Positions 50,797 to 61,001 of a DNA stretch of 64,000 nt are shown one piece after another. A program made the position numbers and the translations under genes. How positions within the stretch are numbered: position 1 is the first letter of the stretch; each line of letters begins with the position of its first letter. The DNA lies in the NCBI GenBank assembly GCA_040220235.1, contig JAVJTO010000094.1. One strand, 5' to 3'. This DNA comes from Coleofasciculus sp. B1-GNL1-01 (lineage in GTDB: Bacteria > Cyanobacteriota > Cyanobacteriia > Cyanobacteriales > Coleofasciculaceae). A model generated the notes under the pieces. It was given only the letters and a program-made list of their open reading frames with translations. It had not been told where the DNA came from and did no database searches.

Positions 50797-50991
50797 ATGA
50801 TACTAGGACTTCTTACAGTTTACTTATTAATCGCTGGATTATTTTGCATAAACTGGTTAAATGCATTCCAGAAAGAGACGAATTTATCGTCGGAGCAAAA
50901 ATTCCGGTGTCGGATAGTCTTTATCATTGCTACCGTTTTTTGGCCTCTCATCTTCCCAATTTCATACCTGGAACACTGTTCGAGAGTTTAG
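50797..50991 (+). CDS. Small membrane protein (64 aa)
   Basis: Two TM segments, IATVFWPLIFPISYLE; AGGA RBS. Confidence 0.7.
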   Translation: MILGLLTVYLLIAGLFCINWLNAFQKETNLSSEQKFRCRIVFIIATVFWPLIFPISYLEHCSRV

Positions 50992-51140
50992 GGAATGGAG
51001 AGTGAGAAAGCTTGAACCAGCTTTTTCCAACCTGAATAAGAGTGGGCATCTTGCCTGCTTCATTATTTGGGCAGAGTTGGGCTGACACAAGCCCAACTAA
51101 TCGTGGCATCCTAAATAAAGAGAGAGTTATGAGATCAAGG

Positions 51141-52652
51141 ATGTCAGAAGCGTCAGCACAAAAGCGGATAGTCGTCGTTGGTGCAGGATGGGCAGGTTTA
51201 GGTGCGACTTATCATCTTGCTCAACAAGGCTACGATGTTACTCTTCTAGAAGCCACCCCCTATCCTGGTGGATTAGTAGCTGGATGGAAAACCTCTGGCG
51301 GACGTTCAGTCGAGGGGGGTATTCATGGGTTCTGGTATCCCTATCGCAATATCTTTCGCCTGGTTCACGAATTGGGACTCCAACCCTTCACTCCTTTTAC
51401 CCATTCTTCCCAATATTCTCCGGCTGGGTTAGAAGTCGAATCGCCTCTGTTTCAGAATGAGTTCCCGCTTCCTACCCCATTGGGAACGTTTCTCTATCCC
51501 AAGTTTAGACGCCTACCTCTGATTGACAGGCTTTCTGCTTTACCTCTCCTGTATGCTCTGATTGATTTTGATAATTCTGATCAAGCATGGCAACGTTACG
51601 ATAAGGTAACTGCCCGCGAACTCTTTAAACAGTTTGGTGTCTCTGCCCGATTGTATCGAGATTCCTTTGAACCGATGCTATTGGTGGGGTTATTTGCCCC
51701 TGGTGAGCAATGTTCCGCCGCCGCCGCCCTGGGAATGCTCTATTACTTCATTTTGGCTCACCAACCCAATTTTGATGTCGTCTGGTGTCGGGGAACGGTG
51801 GCAGAGATGATTTTTAAACCCTGGGTGGAGCGGATTGAGAAAGCTGGGGGACGAGTGCTGACGAATAAGCGGGTGAATGATATTCTCTTGGACGATAGGG
51901 GTAAGGCGAAAGCGGTTGTCTGCGGTGAGGATGTCTTTGAAGCCGATGCGGTTATTTTTGCCGTTAGTGTCAATGGCATGAAAAAAATTGTCAGTGCGAG
52001 TAGTAACTTGCAACCCTATTCGGAATTCCGGAATTTGAGAAACTTAGGCGCAATTGATGTTCTGGCAACCCGGTTATGGTTTGACCGAAAAGCTATTCTG
52101 CGGAATCCGTCTAATGCTTGTTTTGGCTTTGATCCGACGACGGGGTGGACATTTTTTGATTTGAATGCGCTGCATGATGAATATGCATATCAACCAGGAA
52201 GTGTCATTGAAGCAGATTTTTATCATGCGAATCAGTTATTGCCGATGAGTGATGAGCAAATTGTGGCAAAGGTTCATCGAGATTTAGCTACTTGTGTGCC
52301 AGAGTTTCGGGGTGCTAAGGTTATTGATAGTAGTGTAATTCGTGTGCCGCAAGGGGTAACGCATTTTGCACCGGGAAGTTATCAGTATTTGCTGCCAGCA
52401 ACCAGTCCGATTGATAATGTGTTTATGAGTGGGGATTGGGTTGTTACTAATCACGGTTCTTGGTCACAGGAGAAGGCATACATAACGGGTTTAGAGGCGG
52501 CAAATTTAGTAATTGACCGTTTTGGATATGGAAATAAGGCAACGATTATTCCGGTTGAACCTGATGAACCTCATATTCAAGTGGGGCGGATGATTAATAA
52601 AACGGTGCGGGATTGGGGGAAAACAGTATTACCTGATTTTTGGTTACCTTAG
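51141..52652 (+). CDS. FAD-dependent oxidoreductase (amine oxidase / carotenoid desaturase family)
   Basis: VVVGAGWAGLG, GGLVAGW, EGGIHGFW, SGDW and SQEKAY. ATG 51141 preferred over GTG 51042. Confidence 0.88.
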   Translation: MSEASAQKRIVVVGAGWAGLGATYHLAQQGYDVTLLEATPYPGGLVAGWKTSGGRSVEGGIHGFWYPYRNIFRLVHELGLQPFTPFTHSSQYSPAGLEVESPLFQNEFPLPTPLGTFLYPKFRRLPLIDRLSALPLLYALIDFDNSDQAWQRYDKVTARELFKQFGVSARLYRDSFEPMLLVGLFAPGEQCSAAAALGMLYYFILAHQPNFDVVWCRGTVAEMIFKPWVERIEKAGGRVLTNKRVNDILLDDRGKAKAVVCGEDVFEADAVIFAVSVNGMKKIVSASSNLQPYSEFRNLRNLGAIDVLATRLWFDRKAILRNPSNACFGFDPTTGWTFFDLNALHDEYAYQPGSVIEADFYHANQLLPMSDEQIVAKVHRDLATCVPEFRGAKVIDSSVIRVPQGVTHFAPGSYQYLLPATSPIDNVFMSGDWVVTNHGSWSQEKAYITGLEAANLVIDRFGYGNKATIIPVEPDEPHIQVGRMINKTVRDWGKTVLPDFWLP

Positions 52653-52747
52653 AAGAAAGGCAAAAGGCAGATGGCACTAGGTTAGGGAGGGCGGGTTTTG
52701 TTGAAAGGTTATTGGTCAATAACACAATTAAGCGGCTAAACCCGCCC

Positions 52748-53785
52748 CTACAATTTATTCGTTGGATTCTGCCGAATATATTGTAAGATACCCTGTGCGA
52801 TCGCGCTTGCCATTTGGCTCTGGTGTTCGGGTGTCGCTAGGCGTGGGTTATCGTCTTGTCCGGTAACAAATCCAACTTCCACGAGGACGGCGGGTATGGG
52901 GTTATTCCGCAGCACATAAAATCGGGCTTGTTTCACGCCGCGATCGCGAATCGGAATTGCCTGTAAAATACTGTTATGTATGGTTTGAGCAAGGCTTTGC
53001 CCGTTCGAGTAATAATAGGTTTCCAATCCATTCACATCAGGACGGCGACCAACCGCATTCGCATGGATACTCACAAATAAGTCCGCCTGGGCTTGTTTTG
53101 CCATCTCCACGCGGGGTGCTAAGTCTACAAAATAATCGCTGGTTCGAGTGAGAATTACTTGAATTCCTTGTTGCTGTAAAATGGCGGCAACTTGTTGAGA
53201 AATGGGCAAAATTACATCCTTTTCCCGCAATCCATTTAACCCAACTGCACCGGGATCTTTTCCCCCATGTCCGGGATCAATCATAACCACAATACGGCGG
53301 TTGGGAACTTGGGAGAGATTGAAGGGAGAATTGCTGGTTGTCGGGGATATGACAGGATTTTGCGACGGTAGGGGGGTTGGTGTGGTTAATTGGACAACTC
53401 GTTGCGGTGGTGGTAACTGCACTGTCCACATCCGAGGGGAGAATCCTTTCAATAGAACTTGTTGGGGATTAATCGTATAACCCGGATTAAACTCAATCAC
53501 CAAGCGCGTGGTTTGGGGGTTCAATTGACTGACACGCACTACCCGCACTGCACCACCAACGAATTGTTCTAATTTGGCATTCTCTAGGGGGATACCGGGT
53601 AAATCAATTACCAGGCGGTTGGGATTGGCAAGAAATTGTCCTCTGGGTTGTACGCCTTCGTCAGTGGTAAAGACGAGTTGATTTTGATTCACATCAAAGC
53701 GCCAGGAGAGCAATCTCGCCGCTTGCGCTGGAAAGGAGAGCAAAAAAAAGCCGAGAAAACTGGGAAGTAGCCAGTGCAGTTTCAC
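52748..53785 (-). CDS. amiC: N-acetylmuramoyl-L-alanine amidase with AMIN domain
   Basis: Signal peptide, NPNRLVIDL, IDPGHGGKDPGA, FVSIHAN and LVEVGF. GTG 53785 is the likely start. Confidence 0.92.
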   Translation of the reverse strand: MKLHWLLPSFLGFFLLSFPAQAARLLSWRFDVNQNQLVFTTDEGVQPRGQFLANPNRLVIDLPGIPLENAKLEQFVGGAVRVVRVSQLNPQTTRLVIEFNPGYTINPQQVLLKGFSPRMWTVQLPPPQRVVQLTTPTPLPSQNPVISPTTSNSPFNLSQVPNRRIVVMIDPGHGGKDPGAVGLNGLREKDVILPISQQVAAILQQQGIQVILTRTSDYFVDLAPRVEMAKQAQADLFVSIHANAVGRRPDVNGLETYYYSNGQSLAQTIHNSILQAIPIRDRGVKQARFYVLRNNPIPAVLVEVGFVTGQDDNPRLATPEHQSQMASAIAQGILQYIRQNPTNKL

Positions 53786-54015
53786 CGTTAAAGTTCCCTT
53801 ACATAAATGAATGACGAATGACACTATCCACCGTTAACTTTAATTGTGTCCACCCACTTATTGTTTTGAATAAGAGTAAAAGTGGCTTTCTCGATTTTAA
53901 AAGGAGGATTTGAGATTGTCTCGCACCTGATGGAGTTAAATGTTAATTGTTTACACTTGAGAGACTTCCCAATCAGGAGAATTTCCCTTATGTCAAACCA
54001 ACGGCTATAGCAATT

Positions 54016-54159
54016 CTACCCTTCAATATCCTTATCGTTGATTAGCACATACATCCAGACAACGACAACCGCCGTCACCAGCAGCAGGGGGTATTCAGGC
54101 AGCGCCGCTAAGATTACAATAATCTCCAGGATGGTTTTAAGGTCTTCAAATCGTTTCAT
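54016..54159 (-). CDS. 47-aa hydrophobic microprotein, absent from the ORF track
   Basis: MKRFEDLKTILEIIVILAALPEYPLLLVTAVVVVWMYVLINDKDIEG; divergent from 54293. Confidence 0.45.
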   Translation of the reverse strand: MKRFEDLKTILEIIVILAALPEYPLLLVTAVVVVWMYVLINDKDIEG

Positions 54160-54292
54160 TGAATCAGATTGAACTCTTAATCCCATTCAAGGAGAAGGCT
54201 AGGTGAGTACCGGGTTGAGAAATTTGGCTGAAGTGGCTGACTTCTGGCTAACTTTGAGTTGACCTGAATTGACTTTTCGCTGATTATGAATA

Positions 54293-55384
54293 ATGGCGCG
54301 ATCGCTTAAAGTTGCCCCAGAGTACATAAACCACGTCAAATCAGCACTTCGGCGCAATGGCTACCCCAGCCAAAAGAAGTTTGCTGAACACGTTACCCCA
54401 TCGTTATCCACGGTTAAAAAATTCCTCAATGGCGAACCCGTTGATTTTGAGTATTTTGTCGAACTGTGTGACGCATTGGGGTTAAACTGGCGAGATATTT
54501 TTTTAGATGAGTCAGACAATCCGCCCTCTCCTCATGACTCAAACCCAACCCTGGAGGAGTCTTCACCCTTCATCACCGGGACACCCATCACCCATCCCCG
54601 CTATTTTTTTGGACGCAAACGAGAACTCAAACGCCTGTTCAATTTACTCAAACGCCATCCCCTACAAAATGCAGCGATTATCGGGAAGCGGCGCATCGGC
54701 AAAACCTCCCTGTTGCACTACTTGAAAACTATTACCACGACGCCACCGGAGGAATTACGTCCCGGTCAAAAGTCGGACTGGTTACCCTATCCCGAACGCT
54801 ACTGTTGGATATTTGTGGATTTTCAGGATACACGGATGGCAAGCCAAGAAAAATTGCTGGGTTATATTCTGGAAGGCATGAATATGAAAGTGCCGAAGCC
54901 TTGTCACCTGGATTATTTTATGGATGTGGTGAGTAGCCATTTGCATTCACCCACCGTTATTTTATTGGATGAAATTGGTGTGGGATTGCAACGTTGTCCA
55001 GAATTAGATGATGGGTTTTGGGAAAGTTTACGGTCTTTAGCCACGAATCAGACAGGGGGAAATCTGGCTTTTATTTTAGCCACACCGGAATCTCCCCTGG
55101 ATTTGGCGTCTCATACGGGACATAGTTCTCCCTTTTTCAATATCTTTGGCTATACCGCCTATCTGGGCGCATTGACGGAGGCGGAAGCGCGGGAATTGAT
55201 TGATAGTTCACCGATTCCGTTTCCAGTTGAGGATGTAGCCTGGATTTTGGAGAAAAGTCAATGTTTACCCCTACTGCTGCAAATTCTGTGTCGCGAACGT
55301 TTGTTTAGTTTGGAAGAGGGGGAAACGGGAGATAATTGGCGGGAGGAGGCGTTAAAACAGATAGAACCCTTCACGAATTTGTAG
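54293..55384 (+). CDS. HTH-fused STAND/AAA-type P-loop ATPase
   Basis: N-terminal XRE-like HTH; FFGRKREL, Walker A GKRRIGKTS, Walker B ILLDE and SPFFNIF. Confidence 0.88.
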   Translation: MARSLKVAPEYINHVKSALRRNGYPSQKKFAEHVTPSLSTVKKFLNGEPVDFEYFVELCDALGLNWRDIFLDESDNPPSPHDSNPTLEESSPFITGTPITHPRYFFGRKRELKRLFNLLKRHPLQNAAIIGKRRIGKTSLLHYLKTITTTPPEELRPGQKSDWLPYPERYCWIFVDFQDTRMASQEKLLGYILEGMNMKVPKPCHLDYFMDVVSSHLHSPTVILLDEIGVGLQRCPELDDGFWESLRSLATNQTGGNLAFILATPESPLDLASHTGHSSPFFNIFGYTAYLGALTEAEARELIDSSPIPFPVEDVAWILEKSQCLPLLLQILCRERLFSLEEGETGDNWREEALKQIEPFTNL

Positions 55385-55494
55385 AGAACCCAGTTTTTAT
55401 GTAGGGTGGGCAAGATTTATAAACCTTCAAACGCTTACATTATCGTTGGTTGCTCTTGCCCACCCTACGGTAACTTACGCTAGAGAGGTAAACC

Positions 55495-56112
55495 ATGTCA
55501 TTTAGCAGTTATAAAAGTATTGGCGTCGTCGCTAAAACGTTTCAGATCAAATATATTCGAGACAATTTTATTACCGAGATTGAATTTGACGTGAGTGATA
55601 GTTTCCGGAATGAATTAGAGTTAATTTTAAATGAGGGGGTGTTTGACAATTCCGAGATGGCGATTTGTGAAACGATTATTTATCCCATATTAAAAGAAGT
55701 TTGGAAAGCTTATCGCCGCAATTTCCTGCTTTGGAGTCACCAAGCCTTGACCTACGATGAAAACTTATCGGGGACTCCTGATTATATCGTGGCAAAGCGC
55801 TCTCCCTTGGGGACAGTGGTGTTCGATAAGCCCTATTTTGTAGTGGTTGAGGCAAAGAAGGAGAGTGATTTTACTGAAGGATGGGGGCAATGTTTGGCAG
55901 AGATGGTGGCGGTGCAGAAAATTAACAATGATCCAGAACAACGGATATTTGGTGTTGTTTCCAATGGGGCGATATGGCAGTTTGGTCAACTGATATCTGA
56001 TGAGTTTACCCAAAATAAGCGGTTTTATACAATTCAGGACTTGGAGCGGTTATTTGCTGCCGTAAATTATGTTTTTCAACAATGTGAGTTACAGTTGGAT
56101 CAGCAATTGTAA
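55495..56112 (+). CDS. PD-(D/E)XK-like hypothetical protein
   Basis: LSGTPDY, VVVEAKK, GWGQCLAEMVAVQ and VSNGAIWQF. Confidence 0.8.
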   Translation: MSFSSYKSIGVVAKTFQIKYIRDNFITEIEFDVSDSFRNELELILNEGVFDNSEMAICETIIYPILKEVWKAYRRNFLLWSHQALTYDENLSGTPDYIVAKRSPLGTVVFDKPYFVVVEAKKESDFTEGWGQCLAEMVAVQKINNDPEQRIFGVVSNGAIWQFGQLISDEFTQNKRFYTIQDLERLFAAVNYVFQQCELQLDQQL

Positions 56113-56169
56113 CTCGTTATCGCGAATTTATATTACAATTCACAGAGTCACATTTTAACAAAAACTGAG

Positions 56170-58530
56170 ATGTCTTACCCCTCGGTTCCCCGCAACGCCT
56201 ACACTGATGCACCTGAGCAGCACCCGAACTTTATTTTGGGGAGTTTGCAATTGCTGTTCTGGCTGTTCTTTCATCCCTCAGCGTTTCGTAACCATCTCAA
56301 ACGCATTGATCCTACCTTGGACTTCCACAATAACCGAATAAATTCGCTGTGCTGGCGAAACTTAGCATTATGGAAGCTTCTGTTTCAGGGATACATCATT
56401 GTACCGATGATAATGAGTTTGTTGTTTGCAGCAGACACTTTATATCGAGGGGAATTGAATGCTAATGCTATTGTCTCTCTCATAGTATGGGATGTACTGT
56501 TCGTGATATTTGGTGTGGTTGAAGGTGTGGGGGGAGGTGTGGGGGTAGGCGTGGCGCAAGGTGTGGGGGTAGGCGTGGCTTTTGGTGTGGTGTTTGGCAT
56601 GGCACGAGGCGTGGGTGTAGGCGTGGCTTTTGGCGTTAGAGTAGGCATAGTAGGAGGCGTGGGTGTAGGCGTGGCTTTTGGCGTTAGAGTAGGCGTTATA
56701 TATGCCGTTAATGGCGTTAGAGTAAGCATAGTGGAAGCGGTGATGGCTGTCGTGATGGCTGTCGTGATATATGGCGTAATGCATTACGTGAGGTATGGCG
56801 TGATGTACTGTGTGGGAGTCACAATGCAATTGTGGCGACCTATCGTAACCTATCCCTTGGTCACTCTATGGAATGCACTGCTTTATCGTCTTGACCTGAA
56901 ACGCCTAGATACAAAATCTTGCTTTCTGCGCTGGCATTCAGCCTTTTGGGACGAGCGGCAAAGTTTACGCCTCCCTGAACTAGACCAGCACCTTGTCCTA
57001 GTCTGGGAACGCAACCCTACCGAGGGAAAAGCTGCCATTGACTATCTCAATAGTAGCCCGCAACGTTGGGCTGCTCAAGCAGCACAGATTGAACTGGATG
57101 CTAGAAAATTAGAATACTGTACTGATATCGATTCTATCCGTAACGTTTATAGCACATTTGCTTCAGGAAACTTGGAAGGCTCTCCTAACCCAATTTTGTA
57201 TAAATTTAACTATATCAGTGCCGATGTAGATGCCGCTTTCAACCAGAATAGTCTCTATAACCAACGCATCGCTCTGGAAAATGTCGCCAAAACTCTAGAG
57301 CTTTTTATCGAAGAATTAACTAGAAGTAGTAATCAATACGCTCCTCGCTTTCGTCGCATTGCCATTCATTGGCAGCAAATAGTTGTTGAGTACGTACAAA
57401 CATTAATCGCAGCCACTGAACTACGCCAAGAAATTGATGATCCTTACATCTTTGGTGTACCCCTAAATGAACAGGTTAAACTCTTCATGGGACGCACTAG
57501 CATTGGGCTTCGCATCGAAAAATTAATCCTAGACCGTCGCCGCCCTCCCTTACTCCTCTATGGTCAGCGACGTATGGGCAAAACCTCTCTGCTGAATAAC
57601 TTAGGACGCCTCCTCCCGAATTCCATCATCCCCATGTTCGTCGATTTACAAGGCGCACCCACATCAGCGAGTGACCATGCGGGTTTTCTCTATAATCTTG
57701 CCAAAGGGATGACCTATTCGGCTAAACGGCAAGCTGGTTTAACCCTACCTCCCCTCACCCGCGAAGCCTTAACCTCTGACCCCTTTACGACCTTTGATGA
57801 ATGGCTGGATAAAGTTGAACAAACACTAGAAAAAAACACCGCACTCCTAGCATTAGACGAATTCGAGGTACTGGATAAAGCCTTAACCGAAGGACGTTTC
57901 AGCGAAACCGATGTCCTAGGGATGCTACGCCATCTTATCCAACACCGCCCCCGCTTTAAAGTCTTACTGGCTGGCTCTCATACTATCAAAGAATTTCAGC
58001 GCTGGGCGAGTTACTTGATTAACGTTCAGGTTGTCCATATCAGTTACCTGAACGAACCCGAAGCCCGCCAACTGATTGAACGCCCCATCCCAGAGTTTAC
58101 CCTACGCTATGAACCCGATGCGGTTGAGCGAGTCCTCTCCCTAACCCGATGTCATCCCTGCTTGGTACAATTACTCTGCTCTGAGATTGTCGCCCTGAAA
58201 AATGAGCAAGAGGTATCGATTCGCCGACTAGCAACTGTGGCTGATGTGGAAGCCGCTATACCCGAAGCCTTAAGCAGTGGTAGCTTCTTCTTTGCCGATA
58301 TCGAACGCAATCAAGTGGATGAGTTGGGATTGGCGATACTGCGCTTTTTAGCCGCACAAGGGGAAGGGGCGAGTATTGGTAAGGTGGTTTTATCCCGCGA
58401 GTTTCCTGCTCCTCTGAATCCTAGCCTCAATTTACTGTTGCAACGGGAGTTAATTGAAGATAGTGGTGGCGGCTACTGCTTCCAAGTGGAGTTAATCCGG
58501 CGCTGGTTTGCCAGAGAGACAGGGGAGTAA
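56170..58530 (+). CDS. Membrane-anchored STAND/AAA ATPase with Gly/Val repeat region
   Basis: TM N-terminus and GVGVGVAFG repeats; LFMGR, Walker A GQRRMGKTS, Walker B LALDEFE and CHPCLVQ. Confidence 0.88.
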   Translation: MSYPSVPRNAYTDAPEQHPNFILGSLQLLFWLFFHPSAFRNHLKRIDPTLDFHNNRINSLCWRNLALWKLLFQGYIIVPMIMSLLFAADTLYRGELNANAIVSLIVWDVLFVIFGVVEGVGGGVGVGVAQGVGVGVAFGVVFGMARGVGVGVAFGVRVGIVGGVGVGVAFGVRVGVIYAVNGVRVSIVEAVMAVVMAVVIYGVMHYVRYGVMYCVGVTMQLWRPIVTYPLVTLWNALLYRLDLKRLDTKSCFLRWHSAFWDERQSLRLPELDQHLVLVWERNPTEGKAAIDYLNSSPQRWAAQAAQIELDARKLEYCTDIDSIRNVYSTFASGNLEGSPNPILYKFNYISADVDAAFNQNSLYNQRIALENVAKTLELFIEELTRSSNQYAPRFRRIAIHWQQIVVEYVQTLIAATELRQEIDDPYIFGVPLNEQVKLFMGRTSIGLRIEKLILDRRRPPLLLYGQRRMGKTSLLNNLGRLLPNSIIPMFVDLQGAPTSASDHAGFLYNLAKGMTYSAKRQAGLTLPPLTREALTSDPFTTFDEWLDKVEQTLEKNTALLALDEFEVLDKALTEGRFSETDVLGMLRHLIQHRPRFKVLLAGSHTIKEFQRWASYLINVQVVHISYLNEPEARQLIERPIPEFTLRYEPDAVERVLSLTRCHPCLVQLLCSEIVALKNEQEVSIRRLATVADVEAAIPEALSSGSFFFADIERNQVDELGLAILRFLAAQGEGASIGKVVLSREFPAPLNPSLNLLLQRELIEDSGGGYCFQVELIRRWFARETGE

Positions 58531-58654
58531 TATCTTGAGTTTGTCGTTGTGCAGTCTTCGCCCTACGCGATCGCAGGGAGAATAGCGCGTGTAAGACCTC
58601 AAGCTCGGCAATGCGTGGTGAGCCGTCAACCGTTCGGCGTTCAACTGGTAGGAA

Positions 58655-59179
58655 TCACTGTCCTTGTAGGGCGGCGAGGATGTCAAAAATAATCTCCCGT
58701 TGTTGGGCATCATATTGCCAACGTTCCAGAAACGTCTTATAACTTCCCTCTCCGGTTATGGCACTTTCCCGTAACGCCACTACTTTTTCCTGCACTTGAG
58801 GGAGATTAATTTGTTCAATTAAATGGATCGTTCGTCTTCGCACTCGATCCGATCCTTGCGCCATGGCTTCATTCTGATTCCGACGGTGGGTAATCGCCAT
58901 GGCAGCGGACATGGCTAAGTTTTTCACCAACAGTTCAGCGACGGTATCCGGTGAGGATTGCAGGGCTTGAATTACCTCTGGCGAGGGAGTATCCGCTACA
59001 CTGTCGTCAGCGGTGAGGTACGTGACAAAGAACCCTCTAGCACCATTTGTGGTTTTCACCAACTGGGCGATCGCACTCGCCGCGTCTACTTGGGAGAGTT
59101 CACCGGATGACAGTTGCGTCATCAGGGATTGAGTGAGTGCGATCGCCTCTTCAAAGGTCACATTGTCTGGAATATCCAC
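58655..59179 (-). CDS. Conserved hypothetical protein
   Basis: NGARGFFVTYLT, LVKNLAMSAAM and FLERWQYD. Confidence 0.8.
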   Translation of the reverse strand: MDIPDNVTFEEAIALTQSLMTQLSSGELSQVDAASAIAQLVKTTNGARGFFVTYLTADDSVADTPSPEVIQALQSSPDTVAELLVKNLAMSAAMAITHRRNQNEAMAQGSDRVRRRTIHLIEQINLPQVQEKVVALRESAITGEGSYKTFLERWQYDAQQREIIFDILAALQGQ

Positions 59180-59237
59180 CTGATTCCATCTCGTAATAAA
59201 ATGCTAGTCAAGTTATCTTGATCCAAAATTAATCCTA

Positions 59238-60197
59238 ATGCAAGCACTTTGGCTGGAAAACAACCAACTGCAACTCCGCCAAGACGTTCCCATTCCGCAG
59301 CCCCCACCGGGAGAAGCCTTGGTGCGAGTTGTGCAGGCGGGTATCTGTAACACGGACTTGGAATTAATTCGAGGCTATTACCCCTATAAAGGTATTTTAG
59401 GGCATGAGTTCGTTGGTGTTGTTGAACAAGGATCGACTGAGTTACAGGGACAACGAGTTGTTGGCGAGATTAACGCCGTCTGTGGGCAATGTCACTATTG
59501 TCAAAGTGGACAATCAACCCACTGCGAAAACCGCACCGTACTCGGAATTGCCAACCGTCATGGGGCGTTTGCTGAGTATCTTAGTTTACCCATCGAGAAC
59601 TTGCATCGAGTCCCCGATAATTTACCCACAGATTTAGCGACGTTTACCGAACCTGTCGCCGCCGCCTTGGAAATTCAGCAGCAAGTCAGGGTGAGTTCGA
59701 CGGAACGAGTGTTGGTGGTGGGCGATGGGAAACTGGGACAATTAGTCGCCCAAACCCTTGCCCTAACCGGATGTGACTTGTTAGTGGTGGGGCGTCATCG
59801 GCATAAGTTGGCAAATTTATCGGCACGCGGGATTAATGTGGGATTCGCCGATGCGATCGCCAAACGATCGTTTGATATTGCTGTAGAGTGTACGGGGAAT
59901 CCGGCTGGATTTGAACTCGCCCGCCGCGCTTTACGTCCACGAGGTATTTTAGTCCTGAAAAGTACGTATGCGGGTCAGTTAACCTTTGATGCTTCCTCTC
60001 TGGTTGTAGACGAAATTACCCTAATTGGGTCCCGTTGTGGTCCGTTTGCCCCCGCCCTTGAGTTACTGGCGTCAGGACAGGTGGATGTGAAACCGCTGAT
60101 TCAGGGTCATTATCCGTTACGAGAGGGACTTAAAGCAGTTGAACAGGCAAAAACTAAGGGCGTGTTAAAGGTTTTATTGGATATGAGTAATGAGTAG
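59238..60197 (+). CDS. Zinc-dependent alcohol dehydrogenase (MDR family)
   Basis: GICNTD, GHEFVG, CGQCHYC..C and VGDGKLG. Confidence 0.93.
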   Translation: MQALWLENNQLQLRQDVPIPQPPPGEALVRVVQAGICNTDLELIRGYYPYKGILGHEFVGVVEQGSTELQGQRVVGEINAVCGQCHYCQSGQSTHCENRTVLGIANRHGAFAEYLSLPIENLHRVPDNLPTDLATFTEPVAAALEIQQQVRVSSTERVLVVGDGKLGQLVAQTLALTGCDLLVVGRHRHKLANLSARGINVGFADAIAKRSFDIAVECTGNPAGFELARRALRPRGILVLKSTYAGQLTFDASSLVVDEITLIGSRCGPFAPALELLASGQVDVKPLIQGHYPLREGLKAVEQAKTKGVLKVLLDMSNE

Positions 60198-60338
60198 TTG
60201 GTCTTATGTCTTATGTCTTATGTCCTTTGTCATTCGTAAGGGTTTGAGGACTATTTACAACCTTAATAGAGTTAAGTTTATTTTCATCAACCTACTTAGG
60301 ATGAGTGTTCAGGATAAAAATAGGGAGGGTCAAGTCGG

Positions 60339-61001
60339 GTGCAAATCGGATGGTTAGCAGATAAACAGACAAGGGCGAAGGCGATCGAATTGACCAATGT
60401 TATTCGTTTTTTTGCCAATCGCGGTTGGACACCCGCCACCAGTTCTAATTTCTCGTTCGTTAAGGATCAGGAACAAAAAGCCTTTGTCATTTCCCGGTCT
60501 GGACAGGATAAAAGCCAGTTTAAACCCAATCATTTCATGCTCATCGACGAACGAGGTCAAGCCATTGAACCAAAACAGGCAAAACCCTCAGCCGAAACCT
60601 TAATTCACCTGAGTCTTTATAACTGGCAACCGATTGAATGTGTCCTGCATACCCATTCCCCGGCGTCTACAGTGTTGTCAATGAAATATGCTGGATTAGG
60701 AACAGATTTTACCCATCCCAGTCAAATAACCTTTACTGGCTATGAAATTAAAAAAGCCTTTGATGGAATTGACACCCATGATACAACCGTAACGCTGCCG
60801 ATTTTCCCCAATTCCCAAAACATGGTAGAATTTGCGAACAATTTGGCTCACTATTTAGCCAGGAGTGATGAGTTATTTGGCTTCGCGATCGCGGGTCATG
60901 GATTATATACCTGGGGAAACACGATTCAGGCGGCGAAACGTCATGTTGAAGCCTGGGAATTTCTGTTCGAGTGCCGTTTATTGGAGTTAAGGATTGGATG
61001 A
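60339..61001 (+). CDS. mtnB: Methylthioribulose-1-phosphate dehydratase
   Basis: GWTPATSSNFS, KPSAETLIH, VLHTHS, GHGLYTWG and HVEAWEFLF. Confidence 0.93.
   Translation: MQIGWLADKQTRAKAIELTNVIRFFANRGWTPATSSNFSFVKDQEQKAFVISRSGQDKSQFKPNHFMLIDERGQAIEPKQAKPSAETLIHLSLYNWQPIECVLHTHSPASTVLSMKYAGLGTDFTHPSQITFTGYEIKKAFDGIDTHDTTVTLPIFPNSQNMVEFANNLAHYLARSDELFGFAIAGHGLYTWGNTIQAAKRHVEAWEFLFECRLLELRIG

Noticed and set aside
56385..56829. Pro/Thr-rich and His/Ala-rich antisense ORFs
   Set aside because: Mirror translations of the Gly/Val repeat tract of the plus-strand ATPase.
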